This document shows, piece after piece, positions 23,876 through 24,000 of a DNA stretch of 24,000 nt (positions within the stretch are counted from its first letter, which is position 1; each line of letters opens with the position of its first letter). The stretch is from the NCBI GenBank assembly GCA_002699485.1, contig PAAV01000050.1, positions 8,990-32,989 of the forward strand, in the 5' to 3' direction. The notes under the pieces are model-generated. The model worked only from the letters and a program-made list of their open reading frames with translations. It was not told the origin of the DNA and made no database searches. The stretch is from Chloroflexota bacterium (lineage in GTDB: Bacteria > Chloroflexota > Dehalococcoidia > Lucifugimonadales > UBA2962). Both the position numbers and the translations under genes were made by a program.

Positions 23876-24000
23876 ATGACAAACTCGAGCAATGCTACTT
23901 CTTTAAAAGATGCTGCAGAAATAAAATTGAGTAATCGCTCAATCTCTGGAAAAAAGGTCGCTAACCTGCGAAAAGATGGCATAATGCCAGTACATTTGTA
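23876..24000 (+). CDS. rplY: 50S ribosomal protein L25/general stress protein Ctc (5' partial, runs off the window)
   Basis: GGAGG SD at 23863-23867, 8 nt before the ATG at 23876. The translation MTNSSNATSLKDAAEIKLSNRSISGKKVANLRKDGIMPVHL matches the L25 N-terminal pattern (R..GK...LR..G..P). Confidence 0.7.
   Translation, partial: MTNSSNATSLKDAAEIKLSNRSISGKKVANLRKDGIMPVHL

Noticed and set aside
1-24000. Mobile element, prophage, defence-island or horizontally acquired island signatures (integrase, transposase, inverted terminal repeats, flanking tRNA, toxin-antitoxin pairs, restriction or CRISPR genes).
   Set aside because: I recognise none. By eye, composition and codon style look uniform across the window. 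A quantitative GC-skew or k-mer analysis would be needed to say more.

Overview
The window is about 24 kb, roughly 40% GC by eye, and densely coding. I call 26 CDS and recognise no rRNA, tRNA, CRISPR array, transposase or integrase. All family calls below come from reading motifs in the supplied translations; no searches were run.

The flanks are housekeeping or ordinary metabolism:
- gatC-gatA followed by two SDR oxidoreductases (54-3465, + strand).
- A second amidase, a DUF4395-like membrane protein, a leaderless gamma-glutamyltransferase and a PD40/TolB-like lipoprotein (13975-19011).
- proB-proA plus a small orphan ORF, a luciferase-like (LLM) oxidoreductase, exonuclease III and the 5' end of rplY/ctc (19117-24000).

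The centre (3471-13786, all on the minus strand) is a tightly packed 12-gene block built around one cobalamin-binding corrinoid protein. In 5'->3' order on the minus strand it encodes:
1. A small protein resembling the Pfam 'Virulence_fact' family.
2. A stand-alone homocysteine S-methyltransferase domain.
3. A 221-aa orphan.
4. Two tandem paralogous Zn-motif UroD/MtaA-family methyltransferases.
5. A pterin-binding (methyl-THF) methyltransferase.
6. The corrinoid protein.
7. MetV.
8. MetF (methylene-THF reductase).
9. An 82-aa four-Cys orphan.
10. A RACo-type [2Fe-2S]/ASKHA reductive activator.
11. A D-2-hydroxyacid dehydrogenase.

My main candidate for an undescribed system is this block, read as a multi-outlet methyl hub. 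An unknown methylated substrate would feed Co(I), which passes the methyl group to THF, to methylene-THF and/or to homocysteine. Two uncharacterised proteins are embedded in it. The substrate cannot be read from the sequence: the window has no MttB/MtaB/MtmB-type enzyme, transporter or regulator.
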